A stretch of 64,000 bases of DNA from Octopus sinensis (taxonomy: Eukaryota). The position numbers were made by a program, and so were the translations under genes. This document shows positions 37,823-52,512 of this stretch, in pieces; position 1 is the first letter of the stretch, and each line of letters begins with the position of its first letter. Location: assembly GCF_006345805.1 (NCBI RefSeq), contig NC_043005.1, positions 76,756,001 through 76,820,000 of the forward strand, in the 5' to 3' direction. The notes under the pieces are model-generated. The model was given only the letters and a program-made list of their open reading frames with translations, was not told where the DNA came from and searched no databases.

Positions 37823-40111
37823 TGCTATGATGATCTTACAACCGATCATTTATGATGATCTTACAGTTGATCATTTTTTTTTTATCAAGTTTCTAGTTAT
37901 ATTTTGGAGCAGAGGAAGGGGTGAGATATTACCTGTATAAGTGTGTGTTTGCGCTTGTATATTTATATTTATATATGTAAGTCAGTCGAGGAAGGAGAAA
38001 GAAGATTTATATCAGAAGCTAGGTGTAGATATTACGTCTGTTAATGGGGTCTGTATATGTGTGCGTGTGTGTTGTGTTCACGCGTGTGGTTTCCCCTACG
38101 GGGCGAATGTAACTAATAAGTATATAGGGTTGACAAAATAAATGAGGTTTTATTGACCTGCTTGCCGGTGAATTTAGGTACCACTGTAAGAGGCACTGAG
38201 GTGTGGGCAGGAATGCTGAATCACAACAAGGTTAAGTAGAACAGCATTGGCAGAAGTATTTCAATAGTTATTCATATAACACGGACTCATACACATTTAG
38301 ATTTGCATGTACGTTTAATATACTTGCTATGATGATCTTACAACCGATCATTTATGATGATCTTACAGTTGATCATTTAGTCAAGGATAAAAAGGTAGAC
38401 GTAATACCCATTAGTTATTTTTATTTTTAAGGCCCTAGAAATTGGTAGAAGGAAAGAAGGAAGGAAGAAAATGCAAAGGAAACCTGATTTATGTGCTTGC
38501 AACAGTGAACTCTGGTAAAGGCTCGTAAGGACCAAGTGATGGTTTTATGCCGAGTGACGAGTTTAGGCTTTTATTCAAGAACTCAGAACGAAAAGCGTTG
38601 ACAGAGATATCGCAAGACATCTTGTCTGATTCTTTAACCGATTGCTCTGATACATCGTTATGGAATGATACTTTATATTACTGTTTATATCCCGAAAAGA
38701 TGTAATTCCGAGTTGTCTTCAGCCAGCTGCGAACTAAGTACCAAAAGAAACAGGCATTTGACCATACACCCCAATGATTCAGCAACTTTGCCGTAAGCGA
38801 ATCAGACTACTATATCGGACAAATCGAATTGTTCTCCAGGCTGTAACCGATCAATAACGTGAAGCTCAGTGCTGATAATTAATAAAATACATAACATTTA
38901 CACTTGTTAACTTAATACTCTTATCCACTTACAGTTAGGCGACCCAACTGTGTAACCTCAACTACTAGAAATAGCAGTCACATTTTCCCCAAATCCAGAT
39001 TTACTGTCTTAAAAAGGAAGAACAATTTGATGAAGTAGGCCTAGAGAGAATATGGCTGAAAAAGATGAGGTGGCCAAAATTAGAACAGTTGTGCTCATAG
39101 GAATTACTCGATGAGAGCTGAGCTATGGCGAAACAATAACCCACAAATAGAGGATAAACTAGGCTGCTGAAGATTACGTATCTTAGCTGTCGATACAATT
39201 GGATACAAGAAATATGGTCAAACCTCTGCTTCCTTCATTCGGTCATGCATAACTTTGATTATAAGTACACAACAGATACGCCGACAAAGTTAGAAACAAT
39301 ACTACTGACAGAAAATACCGTCCGGTTGTGGAGGTTCAGCATATTAAGTACACATATGGCTGGGTGCAACATTTTTAATATAGCGAATTGAAAAACTTGC
39401 ATCGAGTAGATAAAAGTATTTCATACTCTTCTTATAAATCAATGCTAATGTACTGTATGAAACGTATTGAGTAATCCTTCAATTTAATGTATAATTGTTT
39501 TTATTGCAACTCAACATAAAAACAAACATTCATATGCATATTCATTATATATATATATATTATATACATGGAGACTAGTTTGATAAGTACCAATGCACGA
39601 AACTCTCGAACCTAAAGTCACTCTCTTATATATATATACACATATGCGTGTGCTGTGTGTGTGTGTACTTCTAAATGTATTATGAATGCCTGTATGGGGG
39701 AGCATGAATAACCAGTTTAATAGTTAAGTTACAACTAAGTTTTAAACCATGGGCTGAAAAATCAGAAGATGATCAATAAATGAAGTGCTTAGTCGTGAAT
39801 TACTATTATTTTAATTATTTCAGCATGCAGGGGAAACAATTCATAGATACTTTGTTCTTATCATGACCTCATCAGCGAAAGATACACTTTATCGTATTTC
39901 CAGTAACAGGAAAGCCAAAACAGGTAGAAATGTTGTAAAAAGACAATTAAATATATATAGAAGTATCTACTTTTATGAAGAAGACATTTATCGCTAAAGC
40001 TTTAAGGCAAATTACAATAATAAAACTTTAATGCAAGTGATAAATATTTCCTTTGTGTGTGTAAACACTGACCTGCTTTATAGTTTGATTAATTCATCAT
40101 CTAATACATGA

Positions 40112-40143
<32 letters not shown>

Positions 40144-40978
40144 TAGTGACTCAAGTTACTAACCAGAGTGTCTGTAGGTATACACACACTCACCATATAT
40201 GATATTTATATACATACGTATAAGATATATATATATCTATATATATATATATATATATATACATATACACCTTTGTATACACGCATAATCCGATTGAGAC
40301 TATTTTACACAAATATTTCAAGAATCGGAACAGCTCAATGTACTAAATATCTAAATTTGTATCAGCAAGTTCTTATTAAAACGTTGGGCGTATGGCAAAA
40401 GTTGTTTATCGTAAAACTGTTTCGAATTTAAGCTAGTATATCCAGTGATTAGCATGTGGAACAGGTTTTTGTGTCGCGTTTTCAAACTGACCTATATTTA
40501 TTCATTCTATATTGTTTGTGTTTTGCTTTTTTTTTTATCAAGTTTCTATTTATATTTTGGAGCAGAGGAAGGGGTGAGATATTACCTGTATAAGTGTGTG
40601 TTTGCGCTTGTATATTTATATTTATATATGTAAGTCAGTCGAGGAAGGAGAAAGAAGATTTATATCAGAAGCTAGGTGTAGATATTACGTCTGTTAATGG
40701 GGTCTGTATATGTGTGCGTGTGTGTTGTGTTCACGCGTGTGGTTTCCCCTACGGGGCGAATGTAACTAATAAGTATATAGGGTTGACAAAATAAATGAGG
40801 TTTTATTGACCTGCTTGCCGGTGAATTTAGGTACCACTGTAAGAGGCACTGAGGTGTGGGCAGGAATGCTGAATCACAACAAGGTTAAGTAGAACAGCAT
40901 TGGCAGAAGTATTTCAATAGTTATTCATATAACACGGACTCATACACATTTAGATTTGCATGTACGTTTAATATACTT
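37823..40978. repeat. Local complex duplication A-X-A-Y-X
   Basis: A = 54 bp at 37823-37876 and 38325-38378. X = about 450 bp at 37874-38325 and 40527-40978 (offset 2653). One substitution seen (37896 g vs 40549 t). The ORF translations at 37941-38141 and 40594-40794 are identical. Confidence 0.93.
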
Positions 40979-43900
40979 AGGTATGTAATTATATATAAAT
41001 ATATATAAAACTAACTTTTTGAGCGTGTAAAAGGAAAAAAATGATACACGGTCTGGAGGTACAACACACACATACACATATTGTGTGTGTATGTGTGTTT
41101 ATCTAAATGAAAAAGATATCTGAAAGTGTGTGCGTGAGAAAACGAGAAAGAAAATAGAAAAAATAAAGTGAAAGAGAGAAAGGAGGAGAGAGGGAGACAG
41201 GGAGAGTAGTAGCAGCAGCAGCAGCAGTCGTAGAGAGAAAGGAGAAGTGAGAGAGAGAGAAAAGGAGAGGGATAGAATGAAAGAGAGAGAGAGAGAGAGA
41301 GAGAGATCATAGAGAAGTTAGGTGATTATGGTTGACAGTTTAGTGGGTGTTGGTAAAACGCAACATGAGAGGAGGTAAAAAATATAGTTGTAAAGCAGGA
41401 ACGCCGAAACAGCTGGTGGACAAACAGCGTAGGCTGCTGACTCTTGTAGTGGCAGCAATTCTCAAGCTGACAAGAACCAGTCCCCTACAAACAAAATTTT
41501 ATTCATGGATTTTTTTTTTCTATTCTTGCCTCTCTTCTTTTAATTATTGTTACTAATTTAAGCACAAGGTATAAAATTTGGAAGAAGTGGGTCAGTCGAT
41601 TATATCGACTGCTGTGCTGTATTTTATCGATCTGAGACGAATACAAGCCAAAGTTAAGCTCGTCTGGATTCGGGCTTAGAACGTAGACGGTTGTGAATGA
41701 ATATCACTAATTTTTTTTCCGACTCTCTAACAATTCTGTCAGTCCGCAGCGTCAGAACATCTTTTAGTTCCATATAATTCTTCCAACTTTGCTCAAGTGT
41801 TGGACAAGTTTTAAAAGTTGGAAATCAGTTTAATTGTATTTCTCGTGGCGATTTGACAAGCCCTTTTTTAATTCTCACAGGTTTCTTCCTCCTCCCGGCG
41901 AAATATCGATGGAGTGGATTCATATATACTTAGCCCCTGAACAAGCATATGAATAAAATGATTTAATAAGCATGAAACGCTTGAAGGGACACTGGCATCT
42001 GACTCCTGCATATTTTATTGACCTCGCAAGAATGAAAATGCAAACAGATTCAGGCGTGGTTCGAAATCCGTATGAGTAAAGCGACTCAAGAAAATGTCAC
42101 GGGGCACTTTATCTGATGATCAAAAGCATCATGAATGCCAATAACCTTCAGTTGAATTGTAAAAATCGTACTAAAAAACAATTGACAATCAAACCATAAC
42201 CATCTCATCCTTTTCCAGACAACTGTTTTGAGGACTACATTATCTAATATTTTGTTCCGCCTTGAAGACCGTACAGCGCGATTCGAGGGATATTTGGTTG
42301 TTATTTCTTGTGGTTCGAGCAACCACATAGAGGTTCTTTTGTTGCCTCATTGATAAAAAAACAATAGGCAAAAAAATCAAGTCCTTGGAAGATCAGAACA
42401 GTTGTTAGCAAATTAAAAAGGTAACTGTTGATCCAGTATGCGTTACTAATTTTAACAACAGCCATCTAGAGATTTCAACTATATCGCGAAATGATTGCGG
42501 AATTTCGTTACGCTGCCTCATACATTCTGAGCTCAAATCCTGCTAAGGTCGACATTGCTTTTCTGCTTAGGAGATCGACAAAGCAATTTACCTGCCAATT
42601 AGTAAGCGAATGTAATCAACAATAACCACATACTTAAATGCGTGACCTTGTGGTTAGCCCAGAAATTGATAAAGTATTTACATTTCGACTTAAAGTAAAA
42701 GGTGAACAGAGATCCTTCGTTGGTTTCTGCGATGAGTATTCCATTTGTTCCATCAGCTGATTTGGTTATTCTTTTGATGTATAGTGTAAGCGACTGAGAA
42801 TCTCAAAAACGTATGTCCTTGATCAAATTCAGTCAAAGTCAATATGACACTGATTGTGACAAGTCTGGGCATTGTGAATAACAAGTACGGTCCACCCGGT
42901 GGCTTTTGTCTGGTCCCATTCATTCACGTAGGTAGGACCAGACACGAGACGAGGCTTCATAGTTGCAAAGAGAATTGTTGTTAACCATTAAACCATGCAG
43001 TCGTTCGACCTCCAGATACAAACACTTGACTTTCATCTTACCCGACCTAACAGTTGTTTAAATGAAGGTCGGAAAGAGAATTAAATAATATAGGTTAATG
43101 CCAAGAATGTGACACAGACGAGTCCAAACATTTTGAGTTAAGCTACGTGACAATATTAACAATCTGAACGTTTTTACATCGACAGTTCACAGTATTTAAC
43201 TGATATTTACTTTATCGATCAGAAAGATACGTGGAAAACAAAGGTGACTCCCTGCTTTCATTCTCTTCACAACACCTATTTCACTTTCTGTACTGAGGTC
43301 GACATTGTCCTTCACTCTGTTCTTCCTTGGATATACCGATCCAATGCGGTGGATTAGCGGAACTGTGAAAATGTCAGACCTGGTGTTTTAAGGTAATGGT
43401 TTCAGGTCTTTACACTGAGTTCAAATTCCGCATTGACCTTCTTCAGTGGTAGGCTTCACGCCTCCATCTGGCATAAGGAACACAAGGAAAAAATAGCTAA
43501 TATAAGAAAGATTGGGGAGGAACTGATAAAAGAGAAGATTATGTATACATACACATACACACTCGAATACGTATATATATATATATACAGATGGAGAGAG
43601 AAATGCAGTCAAACATAGTTAGAGAGATGGATAGATAATCAGACAGGTTATATTTATAGATAGATAGATTGATGAACTGAGAGTGAGGCGAGAAAGAGAT
43701 AATGATAAAATTTAGAAGGAAAAAGTAGACTTTCGTAGTTGGTGTATGAGAGTTAGAGAGAAAGTGGAGTGGCTGGAGAGAGTGAAAAGAAGAAAACTGA
43801 GAAAAGTTACAAACGAAGAGAATCAGATTTTCACAATAAGAATTTTAAAATAAGTTTGAATTCTGGAGGGAATATTAGAAATAAAATCAGAATTTTTATG

Positions 43901-44429
43901 AGAAGAAATAATATAGAATTATTAATAACGGAATATTGATGGGAGGAAAGCATATGATCTACTGATAAGGACATTGCACTCATGATCTCGCGATCGTACT
44001 TTCAATTCTTGCACTCACGATTGTGAGATTGTGGTTTCGGTTCTCGGACCGGGTGGTATGTTGCATTTTTGAGCAAAACATTTTATTTTATGTTGCTGCA
44101 GTTCATTCACCTTTCAGAGGAAATTTTAATATTTCGATTACTTATACAAGATTGCAATCATGTAACCGGTCCTATGAATCCTAAGACTCGTGATCCAGGG
44201 ATCTACTTTTATTGCAAGGGACCGGACTGGAGCTTCAATGATTGAGGATAAATCTAAGTACTCTGTCTTATTTAATTCAGCACTGTCTTTTCCATAGCAA
44301 TTTCCTGCCATTTATGGGTAAAGAACATTGACTTTAGTTTATAGCACAAAGGAAGTAGCTATATACGTGTTTCAATTCCAAATTGCTTTCGTAATGCATT
44401 GAATGTAGCATCATCTTTGTTGCCTCAGA

Positions 44430-44520
44430 CAGGCATGGGCAACCTTTTTCGAGATGCAAGCGACATTAAACATTGCTCATCAGCTAGCAGGCCGAAATAA
44501 TTAAATAGTTCAAGGTAAGG
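44430..44520 (+). mobile_element. hAT-type MITE left-end fragment
   Basis: Begins caggcatgggcaacc, a Charlie/hAT-like TIR. The matching right end was not found. Confidence 0.35.
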
Positions 44521-46045
44521 TTTTGTTAGTTTTGCAATAAGGAAGTCACACAGGACTTAGTTTTCCTATGACCACGCTAAGATATGTCTTGCTCGTTGAT
44601 GGAATAACGGAAGAAACAAAATCATAGCAAAAATCTAATCTAGTGTATTTACATGTTCCTAATCAAGCCATTAATGATAGCAGCATGAATGTGCATCGTA
44701 AGCAGCTAAATTTATTTAGTTTCATTCAGCCTTTTGTGATTCTGATGACCCAATTTTAAGGTCAGGGTCCATTTTCATTCCTGACCTTGAGGGTTTCAAT
44801 GTCATCTCTGATGGAAACTGGGAAAGACATTATAGTCACAACATCTCTTTCTCTTGCTACCCTAAAAGATTGTAATATTTCATGCGCATATAAGGAAAAA
44901 TGATCACAGATCTAAGAAGCAGATGGGGACAATGACACATTTTTTTCATAACATATATAGGAGAATATATATACTTGCTAATCGCTACTGCTGCCATATG
45001 AATACATGTATGTGTGTGTGTATATGTGAGTATTTATATGTGTGTATATACAAATATATATATATACATATATGTGCAGAGAGAGAGTATTATATAATGT
45101 CAGTATTTGCCCGGCAGTATTTGAGTATATGTGCATGTATGTGCGATCTGGTGAATGTGAATTTGCATACGTGTGAGTGAATAATTTTACTGAGAATACT
45201 TTCACATTTCGGATACCTTTTCTTTAACCTTATATGGAACTCATTGCTTTGTTGAAGACTTAAACGTCAATGCAGCTAGTTTTTTTTTTTTACATACCAG
45301 CCAACTGAATTAATAAGAAATGACTTTGACCGAATGAAAACCCACCTAACAGGTTGTTCACCGCCAAATCAATTATACACGACCAGTTCTGGAACTAGTT
45401 GACACCAGCCATACGTTCTATAACGACAAGAGTCTGAATTATGCTTCCGAGAACCAGTAATATTGACTATAAGCTGAATTCAAGTCTCGTGTCTATATTT
45501 CGCAAGAATTAAGCAAGTTATGACCAGTATTTAAATTTATCTTGGTATATCTTTGTTTGATTTGTAACTCGGTGTAGACAACTGGTTCTTCGCCGAATAA
45601 CAAATAAGTTAAAATATGCTGTTCAGAATTTCTTTTCAAATAAAAACTATTTATCTAGAGTTGGGAGGAGAGGAGAAAACATACCGTAACATCTGGCCAT
45701 TTCATTTGGCTTGTGCCTAAAATTTGAAATGTTAAACTTTTGTTTATTCATTGTGAGAAAGAATGCCAGAACTGGTATATCTTCAGATCATCAAAAACTG
45801 TGAGACAGAAAAAAATACTTGATTTAATTGCGAATAATACTTGATGAGTATTATTATATACTGGTTTTAGACGAAGTACACAGTGTTCCTTAGCTTTGTA
45901 AGAGGAGACTAAAAGAGGTGATCACAGAGTATCTGATTGTGAACACTATCTTAGAAAACCTTATACCAATATGGAAAAGCAGGAGTAAAAGGATGATTAT
46001 GGTGGTGGTGGTGGTGGTTATAGTATTGATAGTAGTGGTAGTGAA

Positions 46046-46380
46046 GGCACATGGCTCAGTCGTTAGAGAGTCGAACTTGCGATCGTGAGATCGTGAGTTC
46101 GAATCCCGGACTGGACTGCGTGTTGTGTTTTTCAGCAAGACACTTTATTTTACGTTGCTCTAGTTCACTCAGCTGTAGAAATGAGTTGCGACGTCACAGG
46201 TGCCAAGCTGCATCGGCTATTGCTTTTCCCATGGATAACACCGGTGGCGTGTAGTGGAGAGGCCAGTATGCGTGGGTGACTGCTGGTCTTCCATAAATAT
46301 CCTTGCTCGGACTTGTGCCTAGGACGGTAACTTTCTAGGTGCAATCCCACGGTCAGTTATGACCAAAGTGGGTCTCATTA
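46046..46380 (+). mobile_element. Family C tRNA-derived SINE
   Basis: tRNA-like head ggcacatggctcagtcgttagagagtcgaacttgcgatcgtgagatcgtgagttcgaatccc (A and B boxes), then core gctctagttcactcagctgtagaaatgagt. A related fragment lies at about 43990-44110. Confidence 0.75.
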
Positions 46381-49243
46381 GTGGTAGTGCTGATGATGAC
46401 AATGTTACTAGTGTTGATGATGATAAAAACAATAATAATGGTAATGATGACAGACAGAAAGGAAAGAAACATGACCCAGGACAATTTTCTTAAATATAGG
46501 GACTCTAGAAGCTTGGACCCGAGAAAGGAAGAGATAAACAATGGGCTAAGTTCGTGTCGAGGAATCAGACATTAATCGTTGATACACGCACAACGAACTA
46601 ATTTCACAACGAAATGTGTACGAGATTCCGTACTTTGATTCTGGTTTTGACCCTGATTGTCAGTCCCATCACGTATACCACCGTATACAACCGTTGCTCT
46701 GCGGCAGACTTCATTATGGTGAATTCCCTTTCGTTGTAGTACTAAAAGTATAGGACGTAGTGTTTATTTATATATTTATAGTGTTAGAAACTTGATTTTT
46801 CTCTAATGTCACTCAGCGATAAGACATACTGACTTCAGGTGAATGCTGATACGAGGTGTGAAGTATTCGGACGATTGGTTTCAGATAAGAGGATTATATT
46901 TGTCTGCTTTATGCTAAAATGATGATTCTCGGCAAGGTTAAGTCTATATTGTGAGCTGACGAGCAAAAGAATTCGGAGAATGTATAAATATATTTGAATT
47001 AATTATGATTAACGAAGTAAAACATGATGTGATACGAATTTGGTGTAATAAGATTTGAATTACAAGGCCAAAACACAAGCAATGAACAAATTTCGTTGAC
47101 TATAGCCGTGTGGTAAGAATTGTGCCTATCAAACCTCATGGTTCCGGGTTCAGTCCCACTACACTGCAAATTAGAAAATTAAGTATTGGGGTCGATATGT
47201 TCGAGCAAACCCTTCAAGCCTGCATCAAACATGGCCGCAGTTTAATGACTGAAACAAGTAAGACGTAAATAGCATGTATAAATTTGTATTTTATGAAGAC
47301 AATTAGCAAAGGCTGTACTATTAATATTAATCATTTCTATTAAGGTCTATTCAATGGTTACTTTTCTTGACTAAGAACAAAACTAAGAGGAACGGAAAGT
47401 AGATCACACCCGAGTAGATTTGGAATTCAAAATAAAGATACGAGGTTAATTTTAAGATTTCACATTGTGTCACAAGACGATAATCATGTACTCGATTCCA
47501 TTGTCTGACTGATTGCTGTTTTATGGACTTCAACAGAATGATAAATAAATGAAATCTTCCTGAGATTTTGAAGTGAGATCATACACGGAAACGCTAAAAA
47601 TGTCCCACGTATTGAAAGCGGCGGTCTTTGAAGTTCTCCTAAATTTCTGCTTTGCGCATACAGACATGAATGCATACATGTATCTATGTATAATATGTAA
47701 TATATGCATTCATTCAAACATATGTATATATAAATATATATGTATATATACAAACATATATATAGATACATGTGCACAAAAACACACACACATATATAGG
47801 CGTAGGAGTCTCAAAAGACACCGATAGAATAAGTACTTTGCTTCCAAAGAATAAGTCATGCGGTCGATTTGCTCGACTAAAGGCAGTGCTCTAGCATGGC
47901 CACAGTCAAATGACTGAGGCAGCTAAAAGAGTAAAGGAGTATATATATATATATATATATATGGTGATTTCTCTATCTTCACGGATAATTGCCGTTTCTA
48001 TAAGCTTCTTCGTTGTCAATGACATTTGTGACATTCCATTAATGACCTCTCAGATGACTCTTCTGCAGTTCTGCATTGTTCACACGCATAGGTGTATGTG
48101 TATGCATATGCGCGTGTTTAGGGATATATGTGGCGAAAAGGCCGTGTAATTACGATTGATTAAATTGTGTCTTTATATGTGTGTATGTGTGTGTGTGTGT
48201 GTATGCTTGTGTATGTGTTACTAGAATAAATTATATCGGTTTTGGAGAAAGATGTGATATAGAAACGTCAAACACCCCTCTCTAAGCACTTATGTAAATG
48301 CAACAACGGTTTTGATACGTCGGTAAGGTATCTCGATGAGATTCACCACAACGATAGTTTTAAGGCAGCCCACGATAAAATGATAATATTTTTATGTAAC
48401 ATATTTCGACGTTCAACGAGGTTTACTTATGGTGGTAATTCACATATTAATTGTTATCAGAAACAAACAAAGCAATGAATATAAGAGGTAGCTCTTTCTC
48501 AAATATTTCGTCGTTGAATGTATTTGGAGTGGCTCTTATAAGCGAGACGATGTTTTAAGTATTCACTTACACAAACCGAACAAAAACTACATTAATTAAT
48601 GTTACCATCCGATGTGACATATCTACTTAACAAGCTACTTGTAAAATAAGTAAGTACATTATTATCCTTTTCCTCTCATATTGAAAAGGCGCGAGGTTTC
48701 AGAAGAATGGAGAGCGAGACTATTTGATGTCTCTGACATTGATATCTTCCTAAAAGGCGTCTTATTTGAGCTCATTCATTATTACAGAAGATATACTCTC
48801 CATCTGTTTAGCTGGACACGAAACCCTAAAATGACAGAAGGATATAATGTAAAGATGTGATATTTTTGTATGTCTTCAGACTCCAGTGAATCAAGAGTTT
48901 AAAGGAATAGATACAACGCAATTTCTAGAAATTGGGATGCAAAATGACTATCTGTCATCTTATTGCACTGTTAAGATGGTATGAATATGTAATAATTTCT
49001 CCTGTACAATAGGGCTGGAGTTCGGTGAGGGAAAAGACTCTGCCCGATGATGGGTTGGTTAGTTCTGTGTGGTTTTTCAACCTGCTAGAGATAGCAGCCC
49101 GATCTGTATTATATTACAATTTATAATTTTAAAAAGGGAAAAGATATATTAGATAATTTAATAATTCATAGTTGCTAATTTCTTAACATTTTGGAAAGAA
49201 ATCAAACGGTAAATAGTGACATTCCCATCTCGTTTATATTTTA

Positions 49244-49628
49244 ATTGTTTCACTCATTGGACTGCAGCCATACTTGGGCACAACCTTGGAGGGTTACTCA
49301 AAGAAATCGATTTCAGTACTCCTTTCTTAAAGTCCGGTACATATTCTATTGCTGTCTTTTGGTGAACTGCTAAGTTAAGGAGGCGTGAGCAAACAACGCC
49401 GATTGTCGTACTGTGTGGAAGAAGAGGGTATACACAAACACAAAGACACTGCCCTTCTCTGTGTGTGTGTGTGTGTGACGGGCCTTTACACAGTTTCTGT
49501 CTTCCAAATTTACTCACAAGGCACTGGTTTTGGGGGGCTATAGTAGAAGACAATTGCTCGAGTTGCAGCACGGTGGGAGCGATCTCGAAACCATGTGGTT
49601 GCAAAGCTAATTCCTTAGCCACACACCC
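49244..49628 (-). mobile_element. Family B SINE, diverged
   Basis: actgcagccat ... ttactcacaaggcactggt...ggctatagtagaagacaattgctcg ... gaaaccatgtggttgcaaagc. Confidence 0.75.
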
Positions 49629-49814
49629 ATGGCTATCAAAAACAAAAACTGATTAGATCGATAAATCAATTAACGCTGCTCATTCTATAAGACATGCTGT
49701 AAGTTTCAAAACTGGGAGGACAAAACTACTATTATGGACAATTTAGTTAGTCTAAGTTTTATTGAAAATATTTTCGATTAAATTCTGCATTCTGAATAGG
49801 TACAAGTGCAGGTA

Positions 49815-49961
49815 TAGGAATGTTGTTAAGAAGCTTGCTTAGCAACTGTATGGTTTCGGGTTCAGTAGCATAGTGCCACTAGAGCAAGTGTCTTCTACTG
49901 TAGTCTTAAATCGACCAATGGTTTGTGAGTGAATTTGGTTGACAGGAACTGTTAAGAAGCC

Positions 49962-49997
<36 letters not shown>

Positions 49998-50134
49998 GTA
50001 ATCTGAAGTATAATCAGCCGAAATTGCGAAGATAATCTGGTACTTGACTGGAGAAGGAAAACTTCGAATGACCCGTTCTTGTTTTCTTTGCGTCGTCTTT
50101 CTTGATGTTTTGTTGTCCCATTTTGTGTTTTGTG

Positions 50135-50193
<59 letters not shown>

Positions 50194-50490
50194 GTGTGTG
50201 TGTGTATAGCTAGCTAGCTAGATAGATAGATAGACAGACAGACATATAGGTAGACAGAGAGAAAGACAGGCAGAGATGCTGTGTCTGTTTTGTCTTCACC
50301 CTAATGTTCGACAACCGGTGTTTGTTCATTTATATCACAGTAACATTAGCGTTTCCGCTAAAGAACTGACAGAATAAGTACCAGACGTTTCAGAAAACAA
50401 AGTTCTGGAGGCGATTTTTTCGATTAAAACCTTTGAAGTTGGTGCCCCAGCATGGTCACAATCAAGTGACTGAAACAAGTAAAAAATAAA
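49815..50490 (+). mobile_element. Family B SINE split by a nested element in its internal microsatellite
   Basis: 5' half 49815-49965, 3' half 50280-50490. An unrelated ~150-bp insert lies at 49994-50141 between TA runs. Confidence 0.75.
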
Positions 50491-52512
50491 TAAAACAATT
50501 TTTCTTATCTGTAATTACAGAAAAATTCTTTCCAGTTTGGATTTTCAGTGAAACGCAGTAAGTCATTGGTTATGCGAATGTCGGTGTCATATGCGGCATT
50601 CAGCTTCTCTAGCCAAATATGGTAATGGAATAAATGACGCAGGAAGAAATTTTTTCCATTCTCCATCTTATCTTCATTGAGAAAATGTATTTTATTGTTT
50701 TGTTGTTTGTTTTAAGCTTTCCGTTTTCCAGTTCTTCCCTAAGATTATAAAGAAGTTGCATGTTTAAAACTGTACATGAAAAAAATATATATATATATGT
50801 GTATATGCCTGTTGATATCGGCTTTGCTATACAGAAGACTGTTTTTGTAACATTCCTGTGTTTTGCATAAATTAATGAAAACGAAGTCATGACAACTAAA
50901 CAGAGAAGTAGAATACATAAAAGTTCCTATTTCGAAATAGTTTGGTTAAATTGCAGTAATAATTATATTAATGTTATTAACCGTCATCAAAGAGTATAAA
51001 GTCAAATTGATTAGGTTGAACAAAGTTTATGATTCAGTTTCGTTTTCCACTTGAAATGACATTCACTTTATTTACAGAATTACTATGAAGGAGGGGAGCT
51101 GGAAAATCGGACAAATTTGCTAAGCGGCATTCCTCTCAGCTATTTATGTTCTGAGTTTAAATACCGAACGTCAGCTCTGTCTTTCATCAATTTTAAAGGA
51201 TTGTTCTAATCAACAAGCAATTCCCTATAGAATTGCTGGCCTTGTGCTAATGCTTCTACAGAGTTATTGCTCCTTGCAGAAAACATGAAACTCGTTACTC
51301 TTATCGTTTCTTTCGTATCTTAGGTCTCTTACGAAACAAGAAACCCACTTCTTCATTAAAAAAAAAAATTGATGTGCACGTGTAAAGAAGTAACAGAGCG
51401 AGTCCCGTAGATTAAAAGTTGGTATCTTAGTACCTGGTCGACCAATTCTTTGCGAGTGGATCTGGAAGTCGGAAACATTGTGTGTGTGTGTCTTTTTGTG
51501 TTTTACTCCCACTACCGCTTAACAACTGGTGAGTTTGTTTACACCCTAGCAACATAGTGACTCGGCAAAAGAGACCGAAAGAATAAGTACTAGACTTTAA
51601 AATAAGTACAGATATAAAAGATTATATCTGCTCACTTTTGCAGCTATTTTATTTCACATTCACAGCACTATAAGGAAAAAAAAATCTCTGAATCATCCCG
51701 CACTTCCAAAATTCACCCCTTAATTGCAGATACTGCCTCTCGTAAAACTATATTTTACACAGTTTTCCTACCTGAAGCCGAATCATAATTGTAGCTACAA
51801 TAACAAATAATACAAACCATATATTTTGTTGTACTTTCTATATTTCATTATATTACAAGAAGAAAACATAATGCCACACTGTTCACCTTTCTTAACGCAG
51901 AATACTTTAACAACAGCACAATGTTAGGTTTGACCTTAAAACTCGCGGGTGGAAATTGAAAGAAATAAGGTTACTGTGTTTGTCATCGTTTAGTCAATAC
52001 TTTCGTAAAATTTACACATATGTGTTGCATTTTTTCTTTTTCTTTTTATTACTCCAAACAGCTACGTTTTATAAAGAGAAATAGTCTATGAAATTCTGTG
52101 ATGAAAAGAAAATGAAGTAAAGTTTACTTCATAACATTCAGTTTGTCATCCCATTCGTAAAATATTAACTACTATGGGCGCAAGTAGTTCGATAAAATAG
52201 TTGCGGTTTAATGAATAGAATGTTTCAACAGAGAGAATGGAATGTTTTAATGCCACCAATATAGTCTCGATTGGTGAATTAGCGAAACGTCAGCGCGCTA
52301 GCTGAATCGTCATAGCGTCGATAAAGATTGATTTTGTGTGTGTGTGTGTGTGTGTATTTGTTCTGGCTTTGAGTTCAAATACTGCTGTGGTCAACTTTGC
52401 TTTTATCTCTACGGGGACAATAGAATAAAGCAATAGTCAAATAAAAATTCTTGAGGTTAGTGGTATTGACTAATATACACTTTCCTTAAAAGTTACAGGC
52501 CTTGTGAAAACC

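Noticed and set aside
39845-39880. Minus-strand CUGAUGA-GGUC-augauaa-GAAC-AAAG, hammerhead-like
   Set aside because: Stem II is mismatched, G12 is missing and there is no convincing stem I. At best a relic. Similar weak relics at 3132-3160, 37160-37195 and 39572-39600 were also rejected.
42909-42950. 10-bp inverted repeat tgtctggtcc / ggaccagaca
   Set aside because: Short enough to arise by chance given the range of spacer lengths considered.
46046-46115. tRNA-like sequence (also at 26470-26530 and 59275-59344)
   Set aside because: No complete acceptor stem or cloverleaf, and it continues directly into a SINE body, so these are SINE heads and not tRNA genes.
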